From NCBI GenBank assembly GCA_051362555.1, contig CM120649.1, positions 7,564,001 through 7,628,000 on the forward strand: a stretch of 64,000 bases of DNA, given 5' to 3'. Source of the stretch: Lingula anatina (Eukaryota; Animalia; Brachiopoda). The translations under genes were made by a program, and so were the position numbers. The notes beneath the pieces were generated by a model. It saw nothing but the letters and a program-made list of their open reading frames with translations, had not been told where the DNA came from and searched no databases. Positions 38,465 to 51,946 of this stretch are shown piece after piece. Position 1 is the stretch's first letter, and each line of letters opens with the position of its first letter.

Positions 38465-40033
38465 ACGCCGGGCAGAAACACGGAAAGAAAGGCATACAAA
38501 CCCATGCAAGCTCTCACAGCAGAGACTGTGTTTCATTCTTTCTACGTACTTAAGTGATATTTAATCGAATGACCACGATTAAGCCATATATTTTGTATTA
38601 AAAAGTATCAAAGAGAGCAGAGCTGTATTTAATAACTATTTCTTGCCTACATGCTTTGTTTACTTAGCTTCAAAGGTATACTGCGAGACTTTGAAAATGC
38701 CGAACATTGATATATTTACCCTACAATGTATATGTCATAATTCCCAATCTAAACCTTAAAGACGACAAAACTACTTAAATAAAAGCGTGCCAGGTGTCGC
38801 TATTATCGTTATTATCTCTGGCCGATCATTGAGAATTCATTATGCAGCCAAATCGATGCTTGTGCCTCCTTTGTACAACCACAGCGATGCCAGTTTCATG
38901 GTCGCACAAAGGACGCAGAAAGGATGCCGTCCAGTGTAAAGGGGATTTAAATGCATGTATAACTGACTCATATCATCCTTTGGTAACATTGTGGGAATGC
39001 TTTTAACAAGCATACGTTATATAGACATGGTAATAATAAATGTGCATATTGTATTAATGCATATCAAAAATTCTTTTTGTATGTTTTTTTTTTAACTTAA
39101 CAAAAAAGTACTATTTGTAAATTAATATGTTAATAAAACGTGCATCCAACGTATCTCGGTTCAATGTTACTAAACGCCTAATCCGTTCAATAAAGCCTGA
39201 CACTCGCTTACTGACAAGTTGCAGATCGATTTTCTACTTGGTCATCCTCGTTCTCAAAGACATGGGCAAAGGACCACAAGAGACCCTAAATACTTTCTTG
39301 CGGCTCGACAATACACTCGTTATATATATTTTACGTAAAGTTCGGCAACTCGTATTGTATCTTTCACTGAATCTCCATTCAATGACTTTAAAAGCATACC
39401 AACTGTTTTTTCTCGTAATGCCACGGAGGTACCCTTAGAGTTGATTTTATAACATAAAGAAAAATTATAATGCATTCCGTACTTTTTTCAATAATTATTA
39501 TTCATTTATTAGTTGTTATCTTCCGGCATTCAAAGGCTAATGATGTGCATTCAACGAGGACAAAAATAGTCATATTAACTTGGGGATATCAAAGTTGCGA
39601 TGAAGTTAGTGTATTGCTTGCATTAGGTCAGACGGTATTTGAAGGAAATGCGTACATTTTCCCCATTTTAGTACCTCATTTACAATAAAAACTACTTATG
39701 GAAGTCGTGTAAGGGAAAAGTCTAGGTGTAACGGCACTTCATTGGTTAAGCGTCTACAGTAACTGTAGACTTGTGGCCAATCAGCGTTTGGAGTCTACGA
39801 CCACTGTAGACAACCAGCCAATCGGGAAGCAGCTGTGTCAATGGTTAGAGTGAGGGATGAGCCCGAAATTTGTGGATCCCAATGTGAATTCCCTGCAATC
39901 GTATCTTGTGTAATTCTGCACATCACAGACGTACCTGTGGAGAATTTCAAGCAGGTGATGCCCCTCCCCCCTGGTTCAACCAATGCGGATTGCAATGGCT
40001 GCGTTTAAAAACACGGCTAGCGCTACGTTCTAC

Positions 40034-40185
40034 CAGGGCCACAGATTGATTTTTCACATTGAAGATATTCACAGAGGTGTCTTTAGATAAAAAGACGGTC
40101 ATTTGGATCTCTGTTAGAAAATTAACCATATTTAACCAGATACATTATCTGTGAATATCTAATGAAAAATCAATCTGAGGCTCTG
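40034..40185. mobile_element. MITE-like inverted-repeat element inside every array unit (first copy given)
   Basis: CAGGGC(C/T)ACAGATTGATTTTTCA...AGATATTCACAGA pairs with TCTGTGAATATCT..TGAAAAATCAATCTGAGGC(C/T)CTG. No clear TSD. Confidence 0.65.
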
Positions 40186-40713
40186 ACCTGTGCCGTAAGA
40201 CATAACGAAGATTTTTTTCATTTTTTTAAAACCCGGCAGCACCGTGAAAGTGACTCAAGATATTTATTGAGTTATTTAAACATTCTAGGCACTTTATGTG
40301 ACGTAATACCTTTCAATGATTCTTCATTAAATAATTCTAATGACTTAAAAACTGTTTTCCTCGTAATGCCTCAGAGGTACCCTGAGAGTCGGGGAATTAT
40401 AATAATAATAATTTTTTGAGCACATGAAATGAGTGTACATTTATAGGCTCTCTACACTACTAATTATAATATACTTATGTTTAAATACATGTACATAGTA
40501 ATAATAAAGTTACAGTATTATACCAGGTGTCATCTCATTTTGGACAGCTTCCGTTTTCTCATAGCACTGCTTTGGTCACTATTCCTTTCCATGTGTTGGC
40601 TTTACGTCATTGCTGATGTGGGAAAAGGGCAATACCAATATCTGTAACTTTTCGTACTCCGAAGAAGAAGTACTCAAGGGTTGCTGAATGCAATTGACAT
40701 TGAATTAATTAAA

Positions 40714-40880
40714 CAGGGGATAGCGCGAACGCAGTCCCCCACAATAAAAAATTGCGCACCCGAGTTACCCCTATTTGGGGTAATCGATCAGGTCAGCCAA
40801 ACCGTATTGTGCAATGGTGAGGCCTCGCTAATGAAGAACCGCCTTAATGATCACGGTTAACTTCTGTGCCAGGTAAGTAT
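40714..40880 (-). ncRNA. U1: U1 snRNA (variant), copy 1
   Basis: Reverse complement: ATACTTACCTGG 5' end, SLI loop GATCATTAAG, SLII ATTGCAC, SLIII TTACCCC-AAATA-GGGGTAA, Sm-like AATTTTTTA, SLIV GGGGGACTGCGTTCGCGCTATCCCCTG; 167 nt. Confidence 0.95.
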
Positions 40881-40927
40881 GCTTAATAATGAGCTTTGAC
40901 TGGAGTCTTCTACCATGCTGTCCGCTG

Positions 40928-40949
40928 CCATGGTGGGCTAAGTGAATTA
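40928..40949 (-). promoter_or_regulatory. Candidate PSE of the U1 gene (TAATTCACTT(A/T)GCCCACCATGG at -69..-48), present in each unit
   Basis: Position fits a proximal sequence element. The TAATTCAC start loosely resembles insect PSEA (TAATTC) and vertebrate TCAC. Inference only. Confidence 0.35.
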
Positions 40950-42322
40950 AACAGACTTCAGGGGAAATTATGTTTTTAAATTTATCAAGACTTCTTATTA
41001 GGATAAAAATTTCATTAAATTGGTAATATCACGTGATCTGAGATTTTGATATTACAACCTAAAGAAAAATTATAATGCATTCCGTACTTTTTTCAATCAT
41101 TATTATTCATTTATTAGTTGTTATCTTCCGGCATTCAAAGGCTAATGATGTGCATTCAACAAGGACAAAAATAGTCATATTAACTTGGGGATATCAAAGT
41201 TGCGATGAAGTTAGTGTAATGTTTGCATTAGGTCAGACGGTATTTGAAGGAAATGCGTACATTTTCCCCATTTTAGTACCACTTTTACAATAAAAACTAC
41301 TTATGGAAGTCGTGTAAGGGAAAAGTCTAGGTGTAACGGCACTTCATTGGTTAAGCGTCTACAGTAACTGTAGACTTGTGGCCAATCAGCGTTTGGAGTA
41401 TACGACCACTGTAGACAACCAGCCAATCGGGGCAGCTGTGTCAATGGTTAGAGTGAGGGATGAGCCCGAAATTTGTGGATCCCAATGTAAATGCCCTGCA
41501 ATCGTATCTTGTGTAATTCTGCACATCACAGACGTACCTGTGGAGAATTTCAAGCAGGTGATGCCCCCCCCCCCCCCCCCCTGGTTCAACCAATGCGGAT
41601 TGCAATGGCTGCATTTAAAACACGGCTAGCGCTACGTTCTACCAGGGCAACAGATTGATTTTTCACATTGAAGATATTCACAGAGGTGTCTTTAGATAAA
41701 AAGACGGTCATTTGGATCTTTGTTAGAAAATTAACCATATTTAACCAGATACATTATCTGTGAATATCTAATGAAAAATCAATCTGAGGCCCTGACCTGT
41801 GCCGTAAGACATAACGAAGATTTTTTTCATTTTTTTAAAACCCGGCAGCACCGTGAAAGTGACTCAAGATATTTATTGAGTTATTTAAACATTCTAGGCA
41901 CTTTATGTGACGTAATACCTTTCAATGATTCTTCATTAAATAATTCTAATGACTTAAAAACTGTTTTCCTCGTAATGCCTCAGAGGTACCCTGAGAGTCG
42001 GGGAATTATAATAATAATAATTTTTTGAGCACATGAAATGAATGTACATTTATAGGCTCTCTACACTACTAATTATAATATACTTATGTTTAAATACATG
42101 TACATAGTAATAATAAAGTTACAGTATTATACCAGGTGTCATCTCATTTTGGACAGCTGCCGTTTTCTCATAGCACTGCTTTGGTCACTATTCCTTTCCA
42201 TGTGTTGGCTTTACGTCATTGCTGATGTGGGAAAAGGGCAATACCAATATCTGTAACTTTTCGTACTCCGAAGAAGAAGTACTCAAGGGTTGCTGAATGC
42301 AATTGACATTGAATTAATTAAA

Positions 42323-42489
42323 CAGGGGATAGCGCGAACGCAGTCCCCCACGATAAAAAATTGCGCACCCGAGTTACCCCTATTTGGGGTAATCGATCAG
42401 GTCAGCCAAACCGTATTGTGCAATGGTGAGGCCTCGCTAATGAAGAACCGCCTTAATGATCACGGTTAACTTCTGTGCCAGGTAAGTAT
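42323..42489 (-). ncRNA. U1: U1 snRNA (variant), copy 2
   Basis: Same 167-nt U1 with all stem-loops. Confidence 0.95.
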
Positions 42490-43926
42490 GCTTAATAATA
42501 AGCTTTGACTGGAGTCTTCGACCATGCTGTCCGCTGCCATGGTGGGCAAAGTGAATTAAACAGACTTCAGGGGAAATTATGTTTGTAAATTTATCAAGAC
42601 TTCTTATTAGGACAAAAATTTCATTAAATTGGTAATATCACGTGATCTGAGATTTTGATATTACAACCTAAAGAAAAATTATAATGCATTCCTTACTTCT
42701 TTCAATCATTATTATTCATTTATTAGTTGTTATCTTCCGGCATTCAAAGGCTAATGATGTGCATTCAACAAAGACAAAAATAGTCATATTAACTTGGGGA
42801 TATCAAAGTTGCCATGAAGTTAGTGTATTGCTTGCATTAGGTCAGACGGTATTTGAAGGAAATGCGTACATTTTCCCCATTTTAGTACCTCTTTTACAAT
42901 AAAAACTACTTATGGAAGTCGTGTAAGGGAAAAGTCTAGGTGTAACGGCACTTCATTGGTTAAGCGTCTACAGTAACTGTAGACTTGTGGCCAATCAGCG
43001 TTTGGAGTCTACGACCACTGTAGACAACCAGCCAATCGGGAAGCAGCTGTGTCAATGGTTAGAGTGAGGGATGAGCCCGAAATTTGTGGATCCCAATGTA
43101 AATTCCCTGCAATCGTATCTTGTGTAATTCTGCACATCACAGACGTACCTGTGGAGAATTTCAAGCAGGTGATGCCCCTCCCCCCTGGTTCAACCAATGC
43201 GGATTGCAATGGCTGCGTTTAAAACACGGCTAGCGCTACGTTCCACCAGGGCTACAGATTTATTTTTCACATTGAAGATATTCACAGAGGTGTCTTTAGA
43301 TAAAAAGACGGTCATTTGGATCTCTGTTAGAAAATTAACCATATTTAACCAGATACATTATCTGTGAATATCTAATGAAAAATCAATCTGAGGCCCTGAC
43401 CTGTGCCGTAAGACATAACAATGATTTTTTTTATTTTTTTAAAACCCGGCAGCACCGTGAAAGTGACTCAAGATATTTATTGAGTTATTTAAACATTCTA
43501 GGCACTTTATGTGACGTAATACCTTTCAATGATTCTTCATTAAATAATTCTAATGACTTAAAAACTGTTTTCCTCGTAATGCCTCAGAGGTACCCTGAGA
43601 GTCGGGGAATTATAATAATAATAATTTTTTGAGCACATGAAATGAGTGTACATTTATAGGCTCTCTACACTACTAATTATAATATACTTATGTTTAAATA
43701 CATGTACATAGTAATAATAAAGTTACAGTATTATACCAGGTGTCATCTCATTTTGGACAGCTTCCGTTTTCTCATAGCACTGCTTTGGTCACTATTCCTT
43801 TCCATGTGTTGGCTTTACGTCATTGCTGATGTGGGAAAAGGGCAATACCAATATCTGTAACTTTTCGTACTCCGAAGAAGAAGTACTCAAGGGTTGCTGA
43901 ATGCAATTGACATTGAATTAATTAAA

Positions 43927-44093
43927 CAGGGGATAGCGCGAACGCAGTCCCCCACGATAAAAAATAGCGCACCCGAGTTACCCCTATTTGGGGTAATCGA
44001 TCAGGTCAGCCAAACCGTATTGTGCAATGGTGAGGCCTCGCTAATGAAGAACCGCCTTAATGATCACGGTTAACTTCTGTGCCAGGTAAGTAT
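43927..44093 (-). ncRNA. U1: U1 snRNA (variant), copy 3, Sm-region allele TATTTTTTA
   Basis: Same U1; plus strand AAAAAATAGCGC instead of AAAAAATTGCGC. Confidence 0.95.
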
Positions 44094-45530
44094 GCTTAAT
44101 AATGAGCTTTGACTGGAGTCTTCTACCATGCTGTCCGCTGCCATGGTGGGCAAAGTGAATTAAACAGACTTCAGGGGAAATTATGTTTGTAAATTTATCA
44201 AGACTTCTTATTAGGACAAGAATTTCATTAAATTGGTAATATCACGTGATCTGAGATTTTGATATTACAACCTAAAGAAAAATTATAATGCATTCCTTAC
44301 TTCTTTCAATCATTATTATTCATTTATTAGTTGTTATCTTCCGGCATTCAAAGGCTAATGATGTGCATTCAACAAAGACAAAAATAGTCATATTAACTTG
44401 GGGATATCAAAGTTGCGATGAAGTTAGTGTATTGCTTGCATTAGGTCAGACGGTATTTGAAGGAAATGCGTACATTTTCCCCATTTTAGTACCTCTTTTA
44501 CAATAAAAACTACTTATGGAAGTCGTGTAAGGGAAAAGTCTAGGTGTAACGGTACTTCATTGGTTAAGCGTCTACAGTAATTGTAGACTTGTGGCCAATC
44601 AGCGTTTGGAGTCTACGACCACTGTAGACAACCAGCCAATCGGGAAGCAGCTGTGTCAATGGTTAGAGTGAGGGATGAGCCCGAAATTTGTGGATCCCAA
44701 TGTAAATTCCCTGCAATCGTATCTTGTGTAATTCTGCACATCACAGACGTACCTGTGGAGAATTTCAAGCAGGTGATGCCCCTCCCCCCTGGTTCAACCA
44801 ATGCGGATTGCAATGGCTGCGTTTAAAACACGGCTAGCGCTACGTTCCACCAGGGCTACAGATTGATTTTTCACATTGAAGATATTCACAGAGGTGTCTT
44901 TAGATAAAAAGACGGTCATTTGGATCTCTGTTAGAAAATTAACCATATTTAACCAGATACATTATCTGTGAATATCTAATGAAAAATCAATCTGAGGCCC
45001 TGACCTGTGCCGTAAGACATAACAATGATTTTTTTTATTTTTTTAAAACCCGGCAGCACCGTGAAAGTGACTCAAGATATTTATTGAGTTATTTAAACAT
45101 TCTAGGCACTTTATGTGACGTAATACCTTTCAATGATTCTTCATTAAATAATTCTAATGACTTAAAAACTGTTTTCCTCGTAATGCCTCAGAGGTACCCT
45201 GAGAGTCGGGGAATTATAATAATAATAATTTTTTGAGCACATGAAATGAGTGTACATTTATAGGCTCTCTACACTACTAATTATAATATACTTATGTTTA
45301 AATACATGTACATAGTAATAATAAAGTTACAGTATTATACCAGGTGTCATCTCATTTTGGACAGCTTCCGTTTTCTCATAGCACTGCTTTGGTCACTATT
45401 CCTTTCCATGTGTTGGCTTTACGTCATTGCTGATGTGGGAAAAGGGCAATACCAATATCTGTAACTTTTCGTACTCCGAAGAAGAAGTACTCAAGGGTTG
45501 CTGAATGCAATTGACATTGAATTAATTAAA

Positions 45531-45697
45531 CAGGGGATAGCGCGAACGCAGTCCCCCACGATAAAAAATTGCGCACCCGAGTTACCCCTATTTGGGGTAA
45601 TCGATCAGGTCAGCCAAACCGTATTGTGCAATGGTGAGGCCTCGCTAATGAAGAACCGCCTTAATGATCACGGTTAACTTCTGTGCCAGGTAAGTAT
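45531..45697 (-). ncRNA. U1: U1 snRNA (variant), copy 4
   Basis: Same 167-nt U1. Confidence 0.95.
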
Positions 45698-47134
45698 GCT
45701 TAATAATAAGCTTTGACTGGAGTCTTCTACCATGCTGTCCGCTGCCATGGTGGGCAAAGTGAATTAAACAGACTTCAGGGGAAATTATGTTTGTAAATTT
45801 ATCAAGACTTCTTATTAGGACATAAATTTCATTAAATTGGTAATATCACGTGATCTGAGATTTTGATATTACAACCTAAAGAAAAATTATAATGCATTCC
45901 TTACTTCTTTCAATCATTATTATTCATTTATTAGTTGTTATCTTCTGGCATTCAAAGGCTAATGATGTGCATTCAACAAAGACAAAAATAGTCATATTAA
46001 CTTGGGGATATCAAAGTTGCCATGAAGTTAGTGTATTGCTTGCATTAGGTCAGACGGTATTTGAAGGAAATGCGTACATTTTCCCCATTTTAGTACCTCT
46101 TTTACAATAAAAACTACTTATGGAAGTCGTGTAAGGGAAAAGTCTAGGTGTAACGGCACTTCATTGGTTAAGCGTCTACAGTAACTGTAGACTTGTGGCC
46201 AATCAGCGTTTGGAGTCTACGACCACTGTAGACAACCAGCCAATCGGGAAGCAGCTGTGTCAATGGTTAGAGTGAGGGATGAGCCCGAAATTTGTGGATC
46301 CCAATGTAAATTCCCTGCAATCGTATCTTGTGTAATTCTGCACATCACAGACGTACCTGTGGAGAATTTCAAGCAGGTGATGCCCCTCCCCCCTGGTTCA
46401 ACCAATGCGGATTGCAATGGCTGCGTTTAAAACACGGCTAGCGCTACGTTCCACCAGGGCTACAGATTTATTTTTCACATTGAAGATATTCACAGAGGTG
46501 TCTTTAGATAAAAAGACGGTCATTTGGATCTCTGTTAGAAAATTAACCATATTTAACCAGATACATTATCTGTGAATATCTAATGAAAAATCAATCTGAG
46601 GCCCTGACCTGTGCCGTAAGACATAACAATGATTTTTTTTATTTTTTTAAAACCCGGCAGCACCGTGAAAGTGACTCAAGATATTTATTGAGTTATTTAA
46701 ACATTCTAGGCACTTTATGTGACGTAATACCTTTCAATGATTCTTCATTAAATAATTCTAATGACTTAAAAACTGTTTTCCTCGTAATGCCTCAGAGGTA
46801 CCCTGAGAGTCGGGGAATTATAATAATAATAATTTTTTGAGCACATGAAATGAGTGTACATTTATAGGCTCTCTACACTACTAATTATAATATACTTATG
46901 TTTAAATACATGTACATAGTAATAATAAAGTTACAGTATTATACCAGGTGTCATCTCATTTTGGACAGCTTCCGTTTTCTCATAGCACTGCTTTGGTCAC
47001 TATTCCTTTCCATGTGTTGGCTTTACGTCATTGCTGATGTGGGAAAAGGGCAATACCAATATCTGTAACTTTTCGTACTCCGAAGAAGAAGTACTCAAGG
47101 GTTGCTGAATGCAATTGACATTGAATTAATTAAA

Positions 47135-47301
47135 CAGGGGATAGCGCGAACGCAGTCCCCCACGATAAAAAATTGCGCACCCGAGTTACCCCTATTTGGG
47201 GTAATCGATCAGGTCAGCCAAACCGTATTGTGCAATGGTGAGGCCTCGCTAATGAAGAACCGCCTTAATGATCACGGTTAACTTCTGTGCCAGGTAAGTA
47301 T
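47135..47301 (-). ncRNA. U1: U1 snRNA (variant), copy 5
   Basis: Same 167-nt U1. Confidence 0.95.
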
Positions 47302-48738
47302 GCTTAATTATAAGCTTTGACTGGAGTCTTCTACCATGCTGTCCGCTGCCATGGTGGGCAAAGTGAATTAAACAGACTTCAGGGGAAATTATGTTTGTAA
47401 ATTTATCAAGACTTCTTATTAGGACAAAAATTTCATTAAATTGGTAATATCACGTGATCTGAGATTTTGATATTACAACCTAAAGAAAAATTATAATGCA
47501 TTCCTTACTTCTTTCAATCATTATTATTCATTTATTAGTTGTTATCTTCTGGCATTCAAAGGCTAATGATGTGCATTCAACAAAGACAAAAATAGTCATA
47601 TTAACTTGGGGATATCAAAGTTGCCATGAAGTTAGTGTATTGCTTGCATTAGGTCAGACGGTATTTGAAGGAAATGCGTACATTTTCCCCATTTTAGTAC
47701 CTCTTTTACAATAAAAACTACTTATGGAAGTCGTGTAAGGGAAAAGTCTAGGTGTAACGGCACTTCATTGGTTAAGCGTCTACAGTAACTGTAGACTTGT
47801 GGCCAATCAGCGTTTGGAGTCTACGACCACTGTAGACAACCAGCCAATCGGGAAGCAGCTGTGTCAATGGTTAGAGTGAGGGATGAGCCCGAAATTTGTG
47901 GATCCCAATGTAAATTCCCTGCAATCGTATCTTGTGTAATTCTGCACATCACAGACGTACCTGTGGAGAATTTCAAGCAGGTGATGCCCCTCCCCCCTGG
48001 TTCAACCAATGCGGATTGCAATGGCTGCGTTTAAAACACGGCTAGCGCTACGTTCCACCAGGGCTACAGATTGATTTTTCACATTGAAGATATTCACAGA
48101 GGTGTCTTTAGATAAAAAGACGGTCATTTGGATCTCTGTTAGAAAATTAACCATATTTAACCAGATACATTATCTGTGAATATCTAATGAAAAATCAATC
48201 TGAGGCCCTGACCTGTGCCGTAAGACATAACAATGATTTTTTTTATTTTTTTAAAACCCGGCAGCACCGTGAAAGTGACTCAAGATATTTATTGAGTTAT
48301 TAAAACATTCTAGGCACTTTATGTGACGTAATACCTTTCAATGATTCTTCATTAAATAATTCTAATGACTTAAAAACTGTTTTCCTCGTAATGCCTCAGA
48401 GGTACCCTGAGAGTCGGGGAATTATAATAATAATAATTTTTTGAGCACATGAAATGAGTGTACATTTATAGGCTCTCTACACTACTAATTATAATATACT
48501 TATGTTTAAATACATGTACATAGTAATAATAAAGTTACAGTATTATACCAGGTGTCATCTCATTTTGGACAGCTTCCGTTTTCTCATAGCACTGCTTTGG
48601 TCACTATTCCTTTCCATGTGTTGGCTTTACGTCATTGCTGATGTGGGAAAAGGGCAATACCAATATCTGTAACTTTTCGTACTCCGAAGAAGAAGTACTC
48701 AAGGGTTGCTGAATGCAATTGACATTGAATTAATTAAA

Positions 48739-48905
48739 CAGGGGATAGCGCGAACGCAGTCCCCCACGATAAAAAATTGCGCACCCGAGTTACCCCTATT
48801 TGGGGTAATCGATCAGGTCAGCCAAACCGTATTGTGCAATGGTGAGGCCTCGCTAATGAAGAACCGCCTTAATGATCACGGTTAACTTCTGTGCCAGGTA
48901 AGTAT
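48739..48905 (-). ncRNA. U1: U1 snRNA (variant), copy 6
   Basis: Same 167-nt U1. Confidence 0.95.
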
Positions 48906-50342
48906 GCTTAATAATGAGCTTTGACTGGAGTCTTCGACCATGCTGTCCGCTGCCATGGTGGGCAAAGTGAATTAAACAGACTTCAGGGGAAATTATGTTT
49001 GTAAATTTATCAAGACTTCTTATTAGGACAAAAATTTCATTAAATTGGTAATATCACGTGATCTGAGATTTTGATATTACAACCTAAAGAAAAATTATAA
49101 TGCATTCCTTACTTCTTTCAATCATTATTATTCATTTATTAGTTGTTATCTTCCGGCATTCAAAGGCTAATGATGTGCATTCAACAAAGACAAAAATAGT
49201 CATATTAACTTGGGGATATCAAAGTTGCCATGAAGTTAGTGTATTGCTTGCATTAGGTCAGACGGTATTTGAAGGAAATGCGTACATTTTCCCCATTTTA
49301 GTACCTCTTTTACAATAAAAACTACTTATGGAAGTCGTGTAAGGGAAAAGTCTAGGTGTAACGGCACTTCATTGGTTAAGCGTCTACAGTAACTGTAGAC
49401 TTGTGGCCAATCAGCGTTTGGAGTCTACGACCACTGTAGACAACCAGCCAATCGGGAAGCAGCTGTGTCAATGGTTAGAGTGAGGGATGAGCCCGAAATT
49501 TGTGGATCCCAATGTAAATTCCCTGCAATCGTATCTTGTGTAATTCTGCACATCACAGACGTACCTGTGGAGAATTTCAAGCAGGTGATGCCCCTCCCCC
49601 CTGGTTCAACCAATGCGGATTGCAATGGCTGCGTTTAAAACACGGCTAGCGCTACGTTCCACCAGGGCTACAGATTGATTTTTCACATTGAAGATATTCA
49701 CAGAGGTGTCTTTAGATAAAAAGATGGTCATTTGGATCTCTGTTAGAAAATTAACCATATTTAACCAGATACATTATCTGTGAATATCTAATGAAAAATC
49801 AATCTGAGGCCCTGACCTGTGCCGTAAGTCATAACAATGATTTTTTTTATTTTTTTAAAACCCGGCAGCACCGTGAAAGTGACTCAAGATATTTATTGAG
49901 TTATTTAAACATTCTAGGCACTTTATGTGACGTAATACCTTTCAATGATTCTTCATTAAATAATTCTAATGACTTAAAAACTGTTTTCCTCGTAATGCCT
50001 CAGAGGTACCCTGAGAGTCGGGGAATTATAATAATAATAATTTTTTGAGCACATGAAATGAGTGTACATTTATAGGCTCTCTACACTACTAATTATAATA
50101 TACTTATGTTTAAATACATGTACATAGTAATAATAAAGTTACAGTATTATACCAGGTGTCATCTCATTTTGGACAGCTTCCGTTTTCTCATAGCACTGCT
50201 TTGGTCACTATTCCTTTCCATGTGTTGGCTTTACGTCATTGCTGATGTGGGAAAAGGGCAATACCAATATCTGTAACTTTTCGTACTCCGAAGAAGAAGT
50301 ACTCAAGGGTTGCTGAATGCAATTGACATTGAATTAATTAAA

Positions 50343-50509
50343 CAGGGGATAGCGCGAACGCAGTCCCCCACGATAAAAAATTGCGCACCCGAGTTACCCC
50401 TATTTGGGGTAATCGATCAGGTCAGCCAAACCGTATTGTGCAATGGTGAGGCCTTGCTAATGAAGAACCGCCTTAATGATCACGGTTAACTTCTGTGCCA
50501 GGTAAGTAT
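50343..50509 (-). ncRNA. U1: U1 snRNA (variant), copy 7
   Basis: Same U1 with one private SLII substitution (GCAAGG for GCGAGG). Confidence 0.95.
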
Positions 50510-51946
50510 GCTTAATAATAAGCTTTGACTGGAGTCTTCGACCATGCTGTCCGCTGCCATGGTGGGCAAAGTGAATTAAACAGACTTCAGGGGAAATTAT
50601 GTTTGTAAATTTATCAAGACTTCTTATTAGGACAAAAATTTCATTAAATTGGTAATATCACGTGATCTGAGATTTTGATATTACAACCTAAAGAAAAATT
50701 ATAATGCATTCCTTACTTCTTTCAATCATTATTATTCATTTATTAGTTGTTATCTTCTGGCATTCAAAGGCTAATGATGTGCATTCAACAAAGACAAAAA
50801 TAGTCATATTAACTTGGGGATATCAAAGTTGCCATGAAGTTAGTGTATTGCTTGCATTAGGTCAGACGGTATTTGAAGGAAATGCGTACATTTTCCCCAT
50901 TTTAGTACCTCTTTTACAATAAAAACTACTTATGGAAGTCGTGTAAGGGAAAAGTCTAGGTGTAACGGCACTTCATTGGTTAAGCGTCTACAGTAACTGT
51001 AGACTTGTGGCCAATCAGCGTTTGGAGTCTACGACCACTGTAGACAACCAGCCAATCGGGAAGCAGCTGTGTCAATGGTTAGAGTGAGGGATGAGCCCGA
51101 AATTTGTGGATCCCAATGTAAATTCCCTGCAATCGTATCTTGTGTAATTCTGCACATCACAGACGTACCTGTGGAGAATTTCAAGCAGGTGATGCCCCTC
51201 CCCCCTGGTTCAACCAATGCGGATTGCAATGGCTGCGTTTAAAACACGGCTAGCGCTACGTTCCACCAGGGCTACAGATTGATTTTTCACATTGAAGATA
51301 TTCACAGAGGTGTCTTTAGATAAAAAGACGGTCATTTGGATCTCTGTTAGAAAATTAACCATATTTAACCAGATACATTATCTGTGAATATCTAATGAAA
51401 AATCAATCTGAGGCCCTGACCTGTGCCGTAAGACATAACAATGATTTTTTTTATTTTTTTAAAACCCGGCAGCACCGTGAAAGTGACTCAAGATATTTAT
51501 TGAGTTATTTAAACATTCTAGGCACTTTATGTGACGTAATACCTTTCAATGATTCTTCATTAAATAATTCTAATGACTTAAAAACTGTTTTCCTCGTAAT
51601 GCCTCAGAGGTACCCTGAGAGTCGGGGAATTATAATAATAATAATTTTTTGAGCACATGAAATGAGTGTACATTTATAGGCTCTCTACACTACTAATTAT
51701 AATATACTTATGTTTAAATACATGTACATAGTAATAATAAAGTTACAGTATTATACCAGGTGTCATCTCATTTTGGACAGCTTCCGTTTTCTCATAGCAC
51801 TGCTTTGGTCACTATTCCTTTCCATGTGTTGGCTTTACGTCATTGCTGATGTGGGAAAAGGGCAATACCAATATCTGTAACTTTTCGTACTCCGAAGAAG
51901 AAGTACTCAAGGGTTGCTGAATGCAATTGACATTGAATTAATTAAA

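Noticed and set aside
39793-39811. GTCTACGACCA-CTGTAGAC resembles the fused 5' and 3' ends of an invertebrate 5S rRNA (5S-U1 linkage is known in some molluscs)
   Set aside because: It is only 19 bp with no box A/C internal control region, and is better explained as the second copy of the GTCTAC-N7-GTAGAC palindrome.
39864-39880. AATTTGTGG (human U1-like Sm site) on + in each unit, suggesting a second snRNA or SL RNA
   Set aside because: I could not recognise flanking U2, U4, U5, U7, U11 or SL RNA sequence or structure. An Rfam scan would settle it.
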